A stretch of DNA of 64,000 bases from IMG/VR virus record IMGVR_UViG_3300045988_122521; one strand, given 5' to 3'. The notes beneath the pieces are model-generated. The model did not search any database, was not told where the DNA came from, and saw only the letters and a program-made list of their open reading frames with translations. The stretch is from a virus. How positions within the stretch are numbered: position 1 is the first letter of the stretch; the number at the start of each line of letters is the position of its first letter. A program made the translations under genes and the position numbers. This document shows, piece after piece, positions 45,493 through 55,303 of the stretch.

Positions 45493-46779
45493 ATGAACAC
45501 CATCAAAACCGAGTCCATCCGTTTCTATTGGAACGGGATCAAGATCAACGGCGGAAAACTGACCCGCTGCGGGTACTACACCAGCGACACCGAGACCAGC
45601 GCCAGCGTTACCATCTTCGCCCGCGATTGCGGCCGCCTGCCCCGCGACCTGTTCGCCGTTAAAAATGATACAGACCTTTACACCGACTATTTCGACAGCG
45701 ACCGCGCCACCCTAACCCCCGAACACCCGCTCTACAAGTACGCCCGCGCCGCCGCCCTGAAGTCCGCCATGCGCGGCGAGCCGGAGTATATAGCCCATCT
45801 GGAACAGGCGGAACAGGACGCCAAGACCCCCGGCCGCTACCATTGGCGCAGCGCGGACGCCATCCGCGCCGAGATCGACCAGCGGCAGGCGCAATTTGAC
45901 CGCAACGCCGCCGAGCTGGCCACGCTGCCCAAGGGACACCCCACCGCCGCCGACGTGGAAGCCGTCCACGAGATGAACACCGCCGCCGAGTCGGCGCGGC
46001 TGGCGCGTGAACACGCCGAACAGCTGGAACGCCGGGAAAAGGCCATCCGCACCCGCAACGAGAACCGCGCTTTCATCGAACAGACTGCCGCCGCACACCC
46101 CATCAAGGACGGCGCCCCGGTCGTCACCGTAGAATGGAGCGAAAACGGCGCTTTTGATGATGGTATGAAATTCTCCGTCGCCGCCGCCGAGATCATTTTC
46201 AAGACGCTGGACGAAAAAATTTCCGCCGGTCAGGAACGCGGCTATGACAAAACCAGCTTTTCCATTGCGTATACCGACGCCGACGGCGAGCCGAGCACCT
46301 ATGAAGGGCGCTATGATCTGGGTGACAACGACGGCGGGCTCATCGCCCACATTCGCAGCTTTGGCGCGTTCCTGCGCGACAAGGGCAATTTTGGCAGCGG
46401 CAAGCCCACCGACGAGGAAAAGGAGACCGGCGCGGCCATCGTTGCCGTGGCTGACCTGCTGGAACAGTACACCGAGGGCGGGCGCGTGGTCTCCGTCATG
46501 CCCGCGCCATGGCTGGAAGAATGCCAGCGCCGCAAGGCTGAACAGGCACAGCAGGAGCAGGAACAGGCCCGCCAGGACTTCGCCGACATTCTGGAATCGG
46601 TGCAAATGCTGACGGATGAACAGATTGAACGTGCTGTTTTCGCCATCAGCCCCACCGACGCGAAAAAGCTGGACGTGGCCCGCTTCTTCCTGCAGGAGCT
46701 CAGCCGCCGCGACGAGGCAAACGCCCTGGCGGTGTTCCGTCGCTGGAAGCGCGGCGAAAATCCCGAACAGCCCGACTAA
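45493..46779 (+). CDS. Large hypothetical protein of the type seen in Firmicutes mobile-element accessory regions
   Basis: 428 aa. No catalytic motif recognised. Confidence 0.55.
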   Translation: MNTIKTESIRFYWNGIKINGGKLTRCGYYTSDTETSASVTIFARDCGRLPRDLFAVKNDTDLYTDYFDSDRATLTPEHPLYKYARAAALKSAMRGEPEYIAHLEQAEQDAKTPGRYHWRSADAIRAEIDQRQAQFDRNAAELATLPKGHPTAADVEAVHEMNTAAESARLAREHAEQLERREKAIRTRNENRAFIEQTAAAHPIKDGAPVVTVEWSENGAFDDGMKFSVAAAEIIFKTLDEKISAGQERGYDKTSFSIAYTDADGEPSTYEGRYDLGDNDGGLIAHIRSFGAFLRDKGNFGSGKPTDEEKETGAAIVAVADLLEQYTEGGRVVSVMPAPWLEECQRRKAEQAQQEQEQARQDFADILESVQMLTDEQIERAVFAISPTDAKKLDVARFFLQELSRRDEANALAVFRRWKRGENPEQPD

Positions 46780-46842
46780 AAAATCCACATCCCCACCACG
46801 AACAGCCCGCCCCGGAGGTCACGAGGGCAGAAAGGAAACAAA

Positions 46843-47193
46843 ATGAACGACCGCACCGCCGCCACCGCCGCCCGCTTTGGCATTACGGAACAGTGCGCCG
46901 CGCTGGAGCGCGACCTGCTGGACATTCCCTGCGCCGTCGAGGTGGAATTTGACCTTGATGGATTCTATGACCACCTGCAGCAGGTGATCCTGCTGGTGAA
47001 ATTCGACATTCCCGCCGCGAACAGGGACTATTTCCGCGACCTTGCCACCCTGCGTCAAGGCGTGATCGACACCGCCGCCGCGCACGGCCTGACTCGCACC
47101 CCAGACACCATCGAGAACTACGGCGAGCACCTGTATTTCGTTTTCCACCACGGCAGCACATGGGACCACCCCATGACCGAACAGCCCGACTAA
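46843..47193 (+). CDS. Hypothetical protein
   Basis: 116 aa. Ends EQPD with the same 16 nt as the previous gene. Confidence 0.5.
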   Translation: MNDRTAATAARFGITEQCAALERDLLDIPCAVEVEFDLDGFYDHLQQVILLVKFDIPAANRDYFRDLATLRQGVIDTAAAHGLTRTPDTIENYGEHLYFVFHHGSTWDHPMTEQPD

Positions 47194-47218
47194 ACCACTA
47201 CAGCAAGGAGGAAACCGC

Positions 47219-47593
47219 ATGAACACCGAACGCAAAAACTGGATTTGCACCGATCCCGACTGTGCCCAATACCGCCGCCAGGCGCCGGAACACGGCCACA
47301 ACGTCTTTGAGCTGGCACAGGTAAACCAATACGGCGCCGGCCTGTTCCGCGTCGCCCACGGTTTTGTCTATCTCGACAACGACTTAGACGGGCGCGAGCG
47401 CGACTCGCTGTGCGAGCTGTACGACTGGGACACAGAGATCATCAACAGCCCCGACTTCAACGCGATTTTGGCCGAGACAGTTTTCGAGACATCCGCCCCA
47501 GAGTACGACACCGACGCAGAATTTCCCACCTATACGAACGCCGCCCAGGCATTAGGCCGACTCATAGGTGTTGACGTTTCCGCCATCATCTGA
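47219..47593 (+). CDS. Hypothetical protein
   Basis: 124 aa. Confidence 0.5.
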   Translation: MNTERKNWICTDPDCAQYRRQAPEHGHNVFELAQVNQYGAGLFRVAHGFVYLDNDLDGRERDSLCELYDWDTEIINSPDFNAILAETVFETSAPEYDTDAEFPTYTNAAQALGRLIGVDVSAII

Positions 47594-47614
47594 ACAACGA
47601 AAGGAGAAATCACC

Positions 47615-48445
47615 ATGTCCACCATCAAGTATCCCATCCCGGAGGCGTCCGCCGCCCGCGCCCACTGCGCCGCCATCGCTGCCAATGCCGCCGTTTTGAA
47701 AGACGTTATCACCGGCGACCCCACCAGCGACACCGCTACCAACGCCATTTCCGCCATCCGCCACAGCCTGGACGAGCTGGAAGCCTACGCCGAACAGCGC
47801 CGTCAGGAAAACAGCGAACAGCGCGACGATACCCCCTATAAGCACGTCTATTTCCGCCTGAACTCCGGTTATGTATGGGGCAAGGGAATGGACCAGGACA
47901 AGACCGAGAATTTCTATAGCGACATTTTGACCCTGTTCGCCGCCGAAGGCTGGACGATCACCCAGCCGTACCGGAACGGCAACGGCGCCGCCGTCGCCAA
48001 TGGGAACAGCTCCCTTTATATCCACCCCCAGGCGGTCAGCGGCTACGTCACCGAGGATTTGATCCCCGCCGTTTCCGCCGCGCTGGAACACGGCTGCACC
48101 TTCCAGCACTACGCCACCGACATCTACGATACCGCCTATAACTGGACGGCCCGGCAGTACCGGGACTATCTGCACAGCAAGCGCGGCGACATCAACGCCG
48201 CCCTGCTGGAAGCCTTCAAAACGCCCCGGCGCAACCTCTATAAATTCGACTACAACGCCCTGCCCGTGGTCATCAGCAAATTCCACGTCCAGCGCCTGGA
48301 CGGGCAGAACGGCCATTGCACCGGCGACATCACCGAGCAGGTCATCCGCGAAATGTTCACCGCCCTTGTGAACACCGGCAGGATCGACAAGGGCGAGACC
48401 AAACACGGCCCCGCCTACCGCACCGCCCCCAAGCGGCGCACATGA
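47615..48445 (+). CDS. Hypothetical protein
   Basis: 276 aa. Confidence 0.55.
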   Translation: MSTIKYPIPEASAARAHCAAIAANAAVLKDVITGDPTSDTATNAISAIRHSLDELEAYAEQRRQENSEQRDDTPYKHVYFRLNSGYVWGKGMDQDKTENFYSDILTLFAAEGWTITQPYRNGNGAAVANGNSSLYIHPQAVSGYVTEDLIPAVSAALEHGCTFQHYATDIYDTAYNWTARQYRDYLHSKRGDINAALLEAFKTPRRNLYKFDYNALPVVISKFHVQRLDGQNGHCTGDITEQVIREMFTALVNTGRIDKGETKHGPAYRTAPKRRT

Positions 48446-48466
48446 ACAGAAAGGAGGAACCACGCC

Positions 48467-48688
48467 ATGCCCACACGACCCGCCATCCGCACCGATACCA
48501 CCGAACAGGAGCGCCAGCACCTTCTGGCCGTCGCCGCCGCCCTGCGCACCGCCGCGCCGTATCTGAGCCGTGAACAGCGCCAGCACCTCCGCCAGACGGC
48601 GGATCGCTGCATCGAACACCACCGCCGCACGGCCCACACCGCCGAGCTGGCCGCGCTCATCGCCCAGCGCGACGCCCTCACCGCCTGA
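48467..48688 (+). CDS. Hypothetical protein
   Basis: 73 aa. Confidence 0.45.
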   Translation: MPTRPAIRTDTTEQERQHLLAVAAALRTAAPYLSREQRQHLRQTADRCIEHHRRTAHTAELAALIAQRDALTA

Positions 48689-48724
48689 ACACCAAACCAA
48701 AAATCTACAAGGAGGCCACCGCCC

Positions 48725-50626
48725 ATGTTTACCTACGCCACCAAGAAAAACCGTTACGGTGATGAACACATCGCCGTATTTGCCAACGGCTCCCAGATTG
48801 CCGAGATCAAGCCAAGCTCCTACTATGGCAAAAATGAGTACATCGTCAGCGCCACCATCGGCGACGACGACCGCGGCGACTGCCTGGGCCGCACCTCCAC
48901 CATCGCCGGGGCGAAAAAGAAGGTACGCGCCTGGTACAGCGAACACAGCGACGCCGTGGCCGCTGCCGCAGCGAACAGCCGCGCCGCCGATCTCCGCCGC
49001 CTGCCCTCCTTCGACAACAGCGGCTTTTACCCCACCCCATCCAAACTGGCGGGGAAAATGCTCGCCTGCGTGTCCTGGGAAGGCGTCTATGCCATCCTGG
49101 AGCCCTCTGCCGGAAAAGGCGACCTGGCCGACGCCGTAGATCGCCACATCCGCGCCCGCCGGAATAAGATCAGCAGCCGTATTTATATCGACGCCGACGA
49201 GCCGTATCTGGACTGCATCGAGCGCGACAGCGACCTTGCTGCCCTCCTGCGCGGCAAGGGGCGGCACGTGGTCCACGACGATTTTCTCACCTTCCGCAGT
49301 TGCAAGCAGTACGACCTCTGCATCATGAATCCGCCCTTCGACAACGGCGACGAACACCTTTTACACGCCCTGTCCATCATGGAGCGCGGCGGCCAGATCG
49401 TCTGCCTGCTGAACGCGGAAACCATACGCAATCCCTACACCAACCGCCGCAAAATTCTCTTGCATCAGCTGCGCGAACACAGTGCCCGCATTGAATTCAT
49501 TGAAAACGCCTTCCGCCATGCCCAGCGCCCCACCGACGTGGAGATCGCGCTGGTCTATGTGAACATACCAAAAAAAGAAGTCCCCAGCGACATCCTGTCC
49601 TCCCTCCGCCGCGCCATCGAAAAGAGCACCCCAAACAGTGAACAGGCCACCGGCCTCGCCTCCGCCGACTGGCTTCAGAACATGATCGACGGCTACAACT
49701 TCGAGGCCGCCCTGGGCGAAAAACTCATCAACGAGTTCGCCGCCCTCTGTCCCTACATGGACCCAGGCAACCAGCACGGCGAGCCCCTGTTGTCCCTCAA
49801 AGTGGGCGACAGGAACACCGGCAACAACGCAACTCTGCTGAACGCCTACCTATGCGGCCTGCGCGCCAAATATTGGGGAAACCTCCTCCAGCGTCCCGAA
49901 CTCACCAGCAAAATGACCTCCGCCATGCAGCAGGACTACAACGGCAAGGTCAATTCCCTTTCCGAGTACGACTTTTCCCGCTACAACATCGAAACCGTCA
50001 TGCGGGAGATCGCCCACCAGCTTTCCCGCGGCGTCGAGGATTCCATTCTTGAGCTGTTCGAGACATTCTCCGCCAAGCATTCCTGGTACCCGGAGTGCGC
50101 CAACAACATCCATTACTATAACGGCTGGGCGACGAACAAGGCCCACAAGGTGGGTATGAAGGTCATCATCCCCTCCAACGGCTGCCACGCCTCCTATGGC
50201 GGCGGTCTGGACGCTTGGCGGGTAAGCAGCCTCATATCCGATTTGGAGCGGGCAATGAACTATCTGGACAGAGGCGAAACCTCGTTCCACACGCCCATAG
50301 ACCACGCCGTCCGCATCGCCAACGAAGCCTACACCAACAAGGCAGATTTCACCTATTTTACCTGCACCTTCTACAAAAAGGGCACCTGCCACATCAAGTT
50401 TAAGCCGGAGGCGTCCCGCATCATCGACCGTCTGAACATCTTTGCCGGTCAGAAAAAGAACTGGCTGCCGCCCACCTACGGCAAAAAGCACTACGCCGAC
50501 ATGACCGCCGAAGAACAGGCCGTCATTGATGACTTCCAGGGTGCCGAGTCTTACGAAAAGACCATCGCCGACCCCTCCATGCTCATCACCTCCGGCAGCG
50601 CCCTCATGGCGCTGCCCGGAATGTGA
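48725..50626 (+). CDS. N6-adenine DNA methyltransferase with large C-terminal extension (orphan)
   Basis: FYPTPSKLAGKML, ILEPSAGKGDLA (motif I), CIMNPPFDNG (motif IV). About 380-aa C-terminal domain. No cognate endonuclease nearby. Confidence 0.7.
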   Translation: MFTYATKKNRYGDEHIAVFANGSQIAEIKPSSYYGKNEYIVSATIGDDDRGDCLGRTSTIAGAKKKVRAWYSEHSDAVAAAAANSRAADLRRLPSFDNSGFYPTPSKLAGKMLACVSWEGVYAILEPSAGKGDLADAVDRHIRARRNKISSRIYIDADEPYLDCIERDSDLAALLRGKGRHVVHDDFLTFRSCKQYDLCIMNPPFDNGDEHLLHALSIMERGGQIVCLLNAETIRNPYTNRRKILLHQLREHSARIEFIENAFRHAQRPTDVEIALVYVNIPKKEVPSDILSSLRRAIEKSTPNSEQATGLASADWLQNMIDGYNFEAALGEKLINEFAALCPYMDPGNQHGEPLLSLKVGDRNTGNNATLLNAYLCGLRAKYWGNLLQRPELTSKMTSAMQQDYNGKVNSLSEYDFSRYNIETVMREIAHQLSRGVEDSILELFETFSAKHSWYPECANNIHYYNGWATNKAHKVGMKVIIPSNGCHASYGGGLDAWRVSSLISDLERAMNYLDRGETSFHTPIDHAVRIANEAYTNKADFTYFTCTFYKKGTCHIKFKPEASRIIDRLNIFAGQKKNWLPPTYGKKHYADMTAEEQAVIDDFQGAESYEKTIADPSMLITSGSALMALPGM

Positions 50627-50656
50627 GCGAACACCACACGAAAGGAGCACCACACC

Positions 50657-51412
50657 ATGACCCCCGAAAAGCTTTTGGAAAACCTCTACGCCATCGCCTA
50701 TTCCCTCCCGGAACAGGAACGCCGCTTTTTCTGCGCGCTGGAACCTGCCATCGACCCATGCGGCGGTGACACGATCAACGCCGGCCACCAACTGGCGCTC
50801 CTGGTCCGCGCCATCCGCACCGATATGGCCCAGCAATACCGGAGAGACGATCAGCGCCGCACCCGTGATGCCGCCCTTCGCCGTATCGGCAGGGCATCCG
50901 CATCAAAGCAAGGCAAAATCCGTCCCCACTTCGCAGGCGCGTTTCTGGACGAGCAAGGCCGCCAGTGCGTCACAGACGGCTTCCTGCTCATCCGTCTGAA
51001 CACACCATCCAACGTGCTGGAATGGGCGCCCACGCCCAACGATCCCCACGTATACGATCACATCCCCGAACTCCTGAACAGCGCCGCGGCCACTGTCACG
51101 CTGACGCTCCCCACGGCGGCAGAAGTCCGCGCTAAGATCGCCAGCGACAAGGCGAAATTCAAAGCCTCCTCCCGTCCCAGGTACGAAAGCGTCTCCACCT
51201 GCTTTAACTGGGGAGACGGCCTGCCCATGGTCAATTCCATCTACCTGCTGGATATTCTGGAGGCGCTCCCTGGATGCACCGCCTCATGCCGCCCCGATGA
51301 GCTGTCCTGCGTCTATTTCCACAGTCCGGACGGTGACGCCATCATCATGCCCGTCCGCAAGTACATAACCCGCAGCGAAGAGGATTCCGACGAACAGGAG
51401 GAACAGGAATGA
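50657..51412 (+). CDS. Hypothetical protein (weak beta-clamp-domain-like motifs)
   Basis: 251 aa. CVTDGFLLIRL and the C-terminal AIIMPVRK recall sliding-clamp motifs, but this is speculative. Confidence 0.5.
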   Translation: MTPEKLLENLYAIAYSLPEQERRFFCALEPAIDPCGGDTINAGHQLALLVRAIRTDMAQQYRRDDQRRTRDAALRRIGRASASKQGKIRPHFAGAFLDEQGRQCVTDGFLLIRLNTPSNVLEWAPTPNDPHVYDHIPELLNSAAATVTLTLPTAAEVRAKIASDKAKFKASSRPRYESVSTCFNWGDGLPMVNSIYLLDILEALPGCTASCRPDELSCVYFHSPDGDAIIMPVRKYITRSEEDSDEQEEQE

Positions 51413-51600
51413 AAAACAAACTGTGCCCCTACAAGAAGACCTGCCGCGACATCTGCTACGGCGAAAATCCCTGTGCCTTTGCCAAAGCATTTGACGGCCT
51501 CGCCCGCAAGATCGACCTCAAGACTGTCTGCATAGAATCACTACGCGCCGAAAACGCCGCGCTGAAGGCGCGGCTGGAACAGGAGGAACACAACGTATGA
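51409..51600 (+). CDS. Small Cys-rich/coiled-coil protein (paralog of next gene)
   Basis: 63 aa, ..FDGLARKIDLKTVCIESLRAENAALKARLEQ. Confidence 0.5.
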   Translation: MKNKLCPYKKTCRDICYGENPCAFAKAFDGLARKIDLKTVCIESLRAENAALKARLEQEEHNV

Positions 51601-51884
51601 GCCACATCTGCAAAATGACCGGACTGGAGGCCGCACTGCCCTGTGCCGCCCCTCAGTGCCCCGCCTACGGCGATTGTGCCGCCGCCTATGAAAAATCCCA
51701 GCAGGGCTTCCAACTGGAACAGCGCCCCAAAACAAACCTTGAACACTTCCGCGAGATGACAGCCGAACAGCTGGCGGCGTGGATCATGTGCCCCTACTCC
51801 ATCGACCCCGACCTCTGCATCGGCAAGGACTGTATCAAGTGCTGCGCCGACTTCCTAAACGCGCCCTATGACGGTCTTGCTTGA
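51597..51884 (+). CDS. Cys-rich protein truncated by an in-frame TGA relative to its paralog
   Basis: Ends ..APYDGLA-TGA. The next 29 codons (to 51974) read KIDLKTSCTESLRAENAELKAKLKQSGVI, homologous to the paralog's C-terminus. Confidence 0.5.
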   Translation: MSHICKMTGLEAALPCAAPQCPAYGDCAAAYEKSQQGFQLEQRPKTNLEHFREMTAEQLAAWIMCPYSIDPDLCIGKDCIKCCADFLNAPYDGLA

Positions 51885-52060
51885 AAAATCGACTTGAAGA
51901 CATCCTGCACAGAATCCCTGCGTGCAGAAAATGCAGAGCTAAAGGCGAAGTTGAAGCAATCCGGCGTTATCTGACGCCCGCCGCTGAAAACTCCCCGTTG
52001 CACCCCCGGCAAAACCGTGATAAAATTAAGCAAAAGTAAATTTTCAAGGAGGAACAGAAC

Positions 52061-52381
52061 ATGGAGATCAACACCCACGGCAGAAAAATCAACTTGGAAA
52101 CATTGGCCAACGCCTCCGACTCCACCAAGGGACTCGGCTCCCGCACGGGGGAGTATGTGGAGATTTTTTACGACAAATCCACCGGCGATGTATGGGGAAA
52201 GTATCACTGGGATCGTGAAGAATGGACAGTCTATCACGATGAGGACGTTACAAAGGTCGGACTCGCCACCCGCTACAAGACCCAGCAGCAGATCGCGGAC
52301 ATGATCGACAACACCCTGACGGAGGACGAACAGACCGAGCGCGAAAACGCCGAGTATTTGAGAGGAGATTCTTGCACATGA
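52061..52381 (+). CDS. Hypothetical protein
   Basis: 106 aa. Confidence 0.5.
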   Translation: MEINTHGRKINLETLANASDSTKGLGSRTGEYVEIFYDKSTGDVWGKYHWDREEWTVYHDEDVTKVGLATRYKTQQQIADMIDNTLTEDEQTERENAEYLRGDSCT

Positions 52382-52914
52382 ACACGCAGGAGCTGATCCA
52401 GCGATACAAAATCGCCCTGAAAATTGACGAACACGGCCAGCCCACCGGGAATCTGGTTGTGTACCGCGCCGACAAAGCGGCTCTTGCCGCCATCAAAGCC
52501 GCAAAGCCGGAGATCGTCGCCGCCCTGCTGGCGCAGCGCGAAGCAGGGCTCCGCGCCGAACAGGAACGGCTGGCAAAAATCGACGCCATTCCCGGACTGC
52601 GGGAGATCGAAGCCGCCCGCATCGATCTGGTAAATTGGAAATTGGAATTTGACGCCAGCTTCGACGGCGAGAACGGCGGCGGTGTGGGCGTCCGCCCCAA
52701 GCCGAAGTATGACATGGACGCCATGTATGCCCAGTACCCTCGCGCCAAGGCATTTTTGGAAGCCCAAAACTTTGCCGAATCTGACAACGACGCAAAAGCT
52801 ACCGCCGGGAGAAAAGCACTGGAGGCCATCATCAACGGCGAAAACTACGAACAGGCCATCCACACCATGAACAGCGAGTGGGCGGCTTACTGCGAATCCC
52901 ACCTCTGGGATTGA
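52378..52914 (+). CDS. Hypothetical protein
   Basis: Start MNTQELIQRYK, with an ATGA overlap with the upstream stop. 178 aa. Confidence 0.5.
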   Translation: MNTQELIQRYKIALKIDEHGQPTGNLVVYRADKAALAAIKAAKPEIVAALLAQREAGLRAEQERLAKIDAIPGLREIEAARIDLVNWKLEFDASFDGENGGGVGVRPKPKYDMDAMYAQYPRAKAFLEAQNFAESDNDAKATAGRKALEAIINGENYEQAIHTMNSEWAAYCESHLWD

Positions 52915-53063
52915 CCCGAACCGCCGCCCACCTATCGACACGCGCGCCCCGCGCCCACGATCGACAAATAAGACCACCTGCCGGACGTGGGCGCGTTTTC
53001 CCTTTTTTTGTGCGAACAGCGCACATCGAAAATCCCGCAAAAAATGGAAAGGAGAGCAAAAAA

Positions 53064-53615
53064 ATGGCCCTCATCACCTGCCCGGAGTGTCACGGTCAGG
53101 TCAGCGACAAGGCCGCCGTTTGTCCGCATTGCGGATATTCAATCGGTGAACAGCCTCCCCGGCAAACCGAAGGCAAAGCAGAACAGGCAGACAATGCCGA
53201 ACATCAGTTTTGCATCGACCGCATACACGCCGGCAAGGTCTACATCAGCTGTAAATGCGGCTGCACCATCGAAAAGCCGTTTTCCTTTATCTCTCGGAAC
53301 AGCCAGGAAAGCTACACGCTGAACCAAACGTTGGTTTGCCCTCAATGTCATGCGGAGGCTTTGGCCAGAACGGATCTATCAAACGTCCCATCTAAGCGCA
53401 TAACCACGCCGCCTCCCCGTTACGGAAACGCCGATTCTGGCGTATGCCCGTTTTGCGGAAAACCCAACATCCAAACTGTCAAAAAAGGCTTCGGTATCGG
53501 CAAGGCTGCCGTTGGCGGTCTGCTACTTGGTCCTGTCGGTCTGTTGGGCGGCGCAATCGGTGCAAACAACATCCAGTTTGTTTGCCTCTCCTGCGGCCGA
53601 AAATGGAGTAAATAG
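53064..53615 (+). CDS. Multi-zinc-ribbon protein with C-terminal glycine-zipper membrane segment
   Basis: CPECHG..CPHCG, CPQCH, CPFCG, CLSCG, plus GIGKAAVGGLLLGPVGLLGGAIG. Confidence 0.55.
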   Translation: MALITCPECHGQVSDKAAVCPHCGYSIGEQPPRQTEGKAEQADNAEHQFCIDRIHAGKVYISCKCGCTIEKPFSFISRNSQESYTLNQTLVCPQCHAEALARTDLSNVPSKRITTPPPRYGNADSGVCPFCGKPNIQTVKKGFGIGKAAVGGLLLGPVGLLGGAIGANNIQFVCLSCGRKWSK

Positions 53616-53617
53616 CA

Positions 53618-53647
53618 AAACCCCGCGCGGCATCAGCCGCGCGGGGT
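53618..53647. terminator. Bidirectional terminator between convergent genes
   Basis: AACCCCGCGCGGC-atca-GCCGCGCGGGGTT. Confidence 0.6.
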
Positions 53648-53902
53648 TCATTTCTGCTGCACTATCTCATAGCAAGTGGGATCGTCTGACTTCCCATACA
53701 GTCCGCAAATGTCCCGGTTCTTACATTCACCGCATCTCCATCTGCGCTCTGTTCGTATCGCCGCAGCCACAAAGCAATCACAATGGTTGCCACGACGGTT
53801 ATACGTACAATACGAATTCCTGGCGCACATCTTACATGTCTGTTGCCCCCGATTTGCCGGATTCGCGCGGTTTCTGAACCCGAACGAGAATGGCCTGTAC
53901 AT
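53648..53902 (-). CDS. Small Cys-rich protein
   Basis: 84 aa with a GGGTGGAG RBS and several CxxC pairs. Confidence 0.4.
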   Translation of the reverse strand: MYRPFSFGFRNRANPANRGQQTCKMCARNSYCTYNRRGNHCDCFVAAAIRTERRWRCGECKNRDICGLYGKSDDPTCYEIVQQK

Positions 53903-53941
53903 CAAAACTCCACCCTTTCATTAAATTCTTGAAAATCTCTC

Positions 53942-53982
53942 TTGACATTTATGTCCGCACAATATATAATTGTTGTGCGGAC
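53942..53982 (+). promoter_or_regulatory. Sigma-70-type promoter with overlapping palindromic operator
   Basis: TTGACA(53942)-17 nt-TATAAT(53965). Perfect 10-bp inverted repeat GTCCGCACAA(53953)/TTGTGCGGAC(53973) spans the -10. Confidence 0.65.
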
Positions 53983-54001
53983 AACAAAAGGAGGTGCGTA
54001 T

Positions 54002-54166
54002 ATGTCCCCGAAGGCTGGGCGTCCGTTCTCCGATAACCCTAAAGCGGAAAGGCTCTATATCCGAGTGACCGCTGAAGAAAAAAAGCGTATCATGGACTTC
54101 TGCGATGAACACAAGGTTTCCGCTCTCGACCTGATACGCAAGGGAATGGACACTATAAAAAAATAG
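54002..54166 (+). CDS. Ribbon-helix-helix (CopG/MobC-like) protein
   Basis: MSPKAGRPFSDNPKAERLYIRVTAEEKKRIMDFC..KVSALDLIRKG. Probably autoregulates through the upstream palindrome. Confidence 0.5.
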   Translation: MSPKAGRPFSDNPKAERLYIRVTAEEKKRIMDFCDEHKVSALDLIRKGMDTIKK

Positions 54167-54254
54167 AACAATCGGTCAGCAGTTTGGCGACGGCCCCGAT
54201 TGTTCTATTCGCCAAAGCCGCATGGGCTTCGTCTAAATCTCATTATAGACGCCG

Positions 54255-54292
54255 CCCCTGCGAAAGTCAACAGCTTTCCGCAGGGGATTTTT
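54255..54292 (+). terminator. Rho-independent terminator
   Basis: CCCCTGCG..CGCAGGGG followed by ATTTTT. Confidence 0.55.
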
Positions 54293-54300
54293 GCGCCCAT

Positions 54301-54343
54301 TTTCAAAAATCCGCCTGTGGGTGTTTACACGGTGACGTATGAT
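54301..54343 (+). promoter_or_regulatory. Composite promoter-like motif, copy 2
   Basis: TTTCAAAAATCCGCCTGTGGGTGTTTACACGGTGACGTATGAT. About 40 nt before the rha-like start. Confidence 0.45.
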
Positions 54344-54381
54344 CCTCATACACAAAAAACTCATACAGGAGGATAAATTCA

Positions 54382-55176
54382 ATGAATGACCTATTGACCA
54401 TCAGCAACGGCCAGCCCACCGCCAGCAGCCGCGACATTGCGGGGCACTTCGGCAAGGGGCACAACCACGTCTTGCGCGACATTGACGCGCTGAAAGGAGA
54501 TGTGTCCAATTTTGGACAGATGTTCTTCGACACAGAAATCCCCGACAGCTACGGCAGGCCACAGCGAGCCTACCTTATGAACCGCGACGGCTTCACGCTC
54601 CTTGCCATGGGTTTCACTGGCAAGGAGGCGTTGGCGTGGAAGATGAAGTACATCAACGCCTTTAATGCCATGGAGCAGGAATTGCGCTCCCAGCAGCAGG
54701 GCTTGACCGAAGCGGATTTCTCCGCCCTGTCCTACGAGGCCCGCGCCATCATCAAGATGGAGCTTCAGCAGAAACAGCAGGCGAAACAGATCGCCGAACT
54801 GACCACCCAGCAGCAGGAGACGCGCACGATGGTGAACCAGACACTTTCTGCCATTACCCGCCCCTCTACTTCTGACGCAGAGGATTGGAAAGAGGACATC
54901 AACCACACCATCCGTCAGATGTGCGAGGAATACGGTCTCAACTACCACACCACCATCGGCGAGATGTACGCCGAATTGGAAAAGCTGGGCAGTGTCAACC
55001 TCAGCGTCCGGCAGAAAAATCTGCAAGCGCGTATGCGCCGCGGCGGTGCCACCGTGGCCGAGTGCCGCCGTATAAGCAAACTCCACGTCATCTCACAGGA
55101 AAAGAAACTGCGCTGGTTCTACGAAGGTATCGTCCGAGCCTACCGCGCCCAGCTTGCCGCCTCCCGTATGCACTGA
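54382..55176 (+). CDS. Rha-family phage regulatory protein
   Basis: The N-terminal TASSRDIAGHFGKGHNHVLRDIDAL matches the Phage_pRha pattern. Confidence 0.75.
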   Translation: MNDLLTISNGQPTASSRDIAGHFGKGHNHVLRDIDALKGDVSNFGQMFFDTEIPDSYGRPQRAYLMNRDGFTLLAMGFTGKEALAWKMKYINAFNAMEQELRSQQQGLTEADFSALSYEARAIIKMELQQKQQAKQIAELTTQQQETRTMVNQTLSAITRPSTSDAEDWKEDINHTIRQMCEEYGLNYHTTIGEMYAELEKLGSVNLSVRQKNLQARMRRGGATVAECRRISKLHVISQEKKLRWFYEGIVRAYRAQLAASRMH

Positions 55177-55303
55177 ACTCTTTGTGTCCGCTTTTCGGAC
55201 GGCTGCAACCAAACCGACGAAATTCGTCGCGCCGCCGCCTGATTACACCCTGTATACCCCCATTCACCCCATACACCATTTATACAACAGGAGGAAATTT
55301 ATC

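Noticed and set aside
51882-51940. Selenocysteine insertion at the in-frame TGA (a hairpin CTGCAC..GTGCAG lies downstream).
   Set aside because: The hairpin starts about 24 nt after the UGA, is short, and lacks a SECIS-like apical loop. No selA, selB or selC was seen. The paralog has Arg at this position.
54325-54343. Reading TTTACA ... TATGAT of the recurring motif as an ordinary sigma-70 -35/-10 pair.
   Set aside because: The spacer is 8 nt in all four copies, against the 16-18 nt required. No conserved hexamer lies 17 nt downstream of TTTACA.
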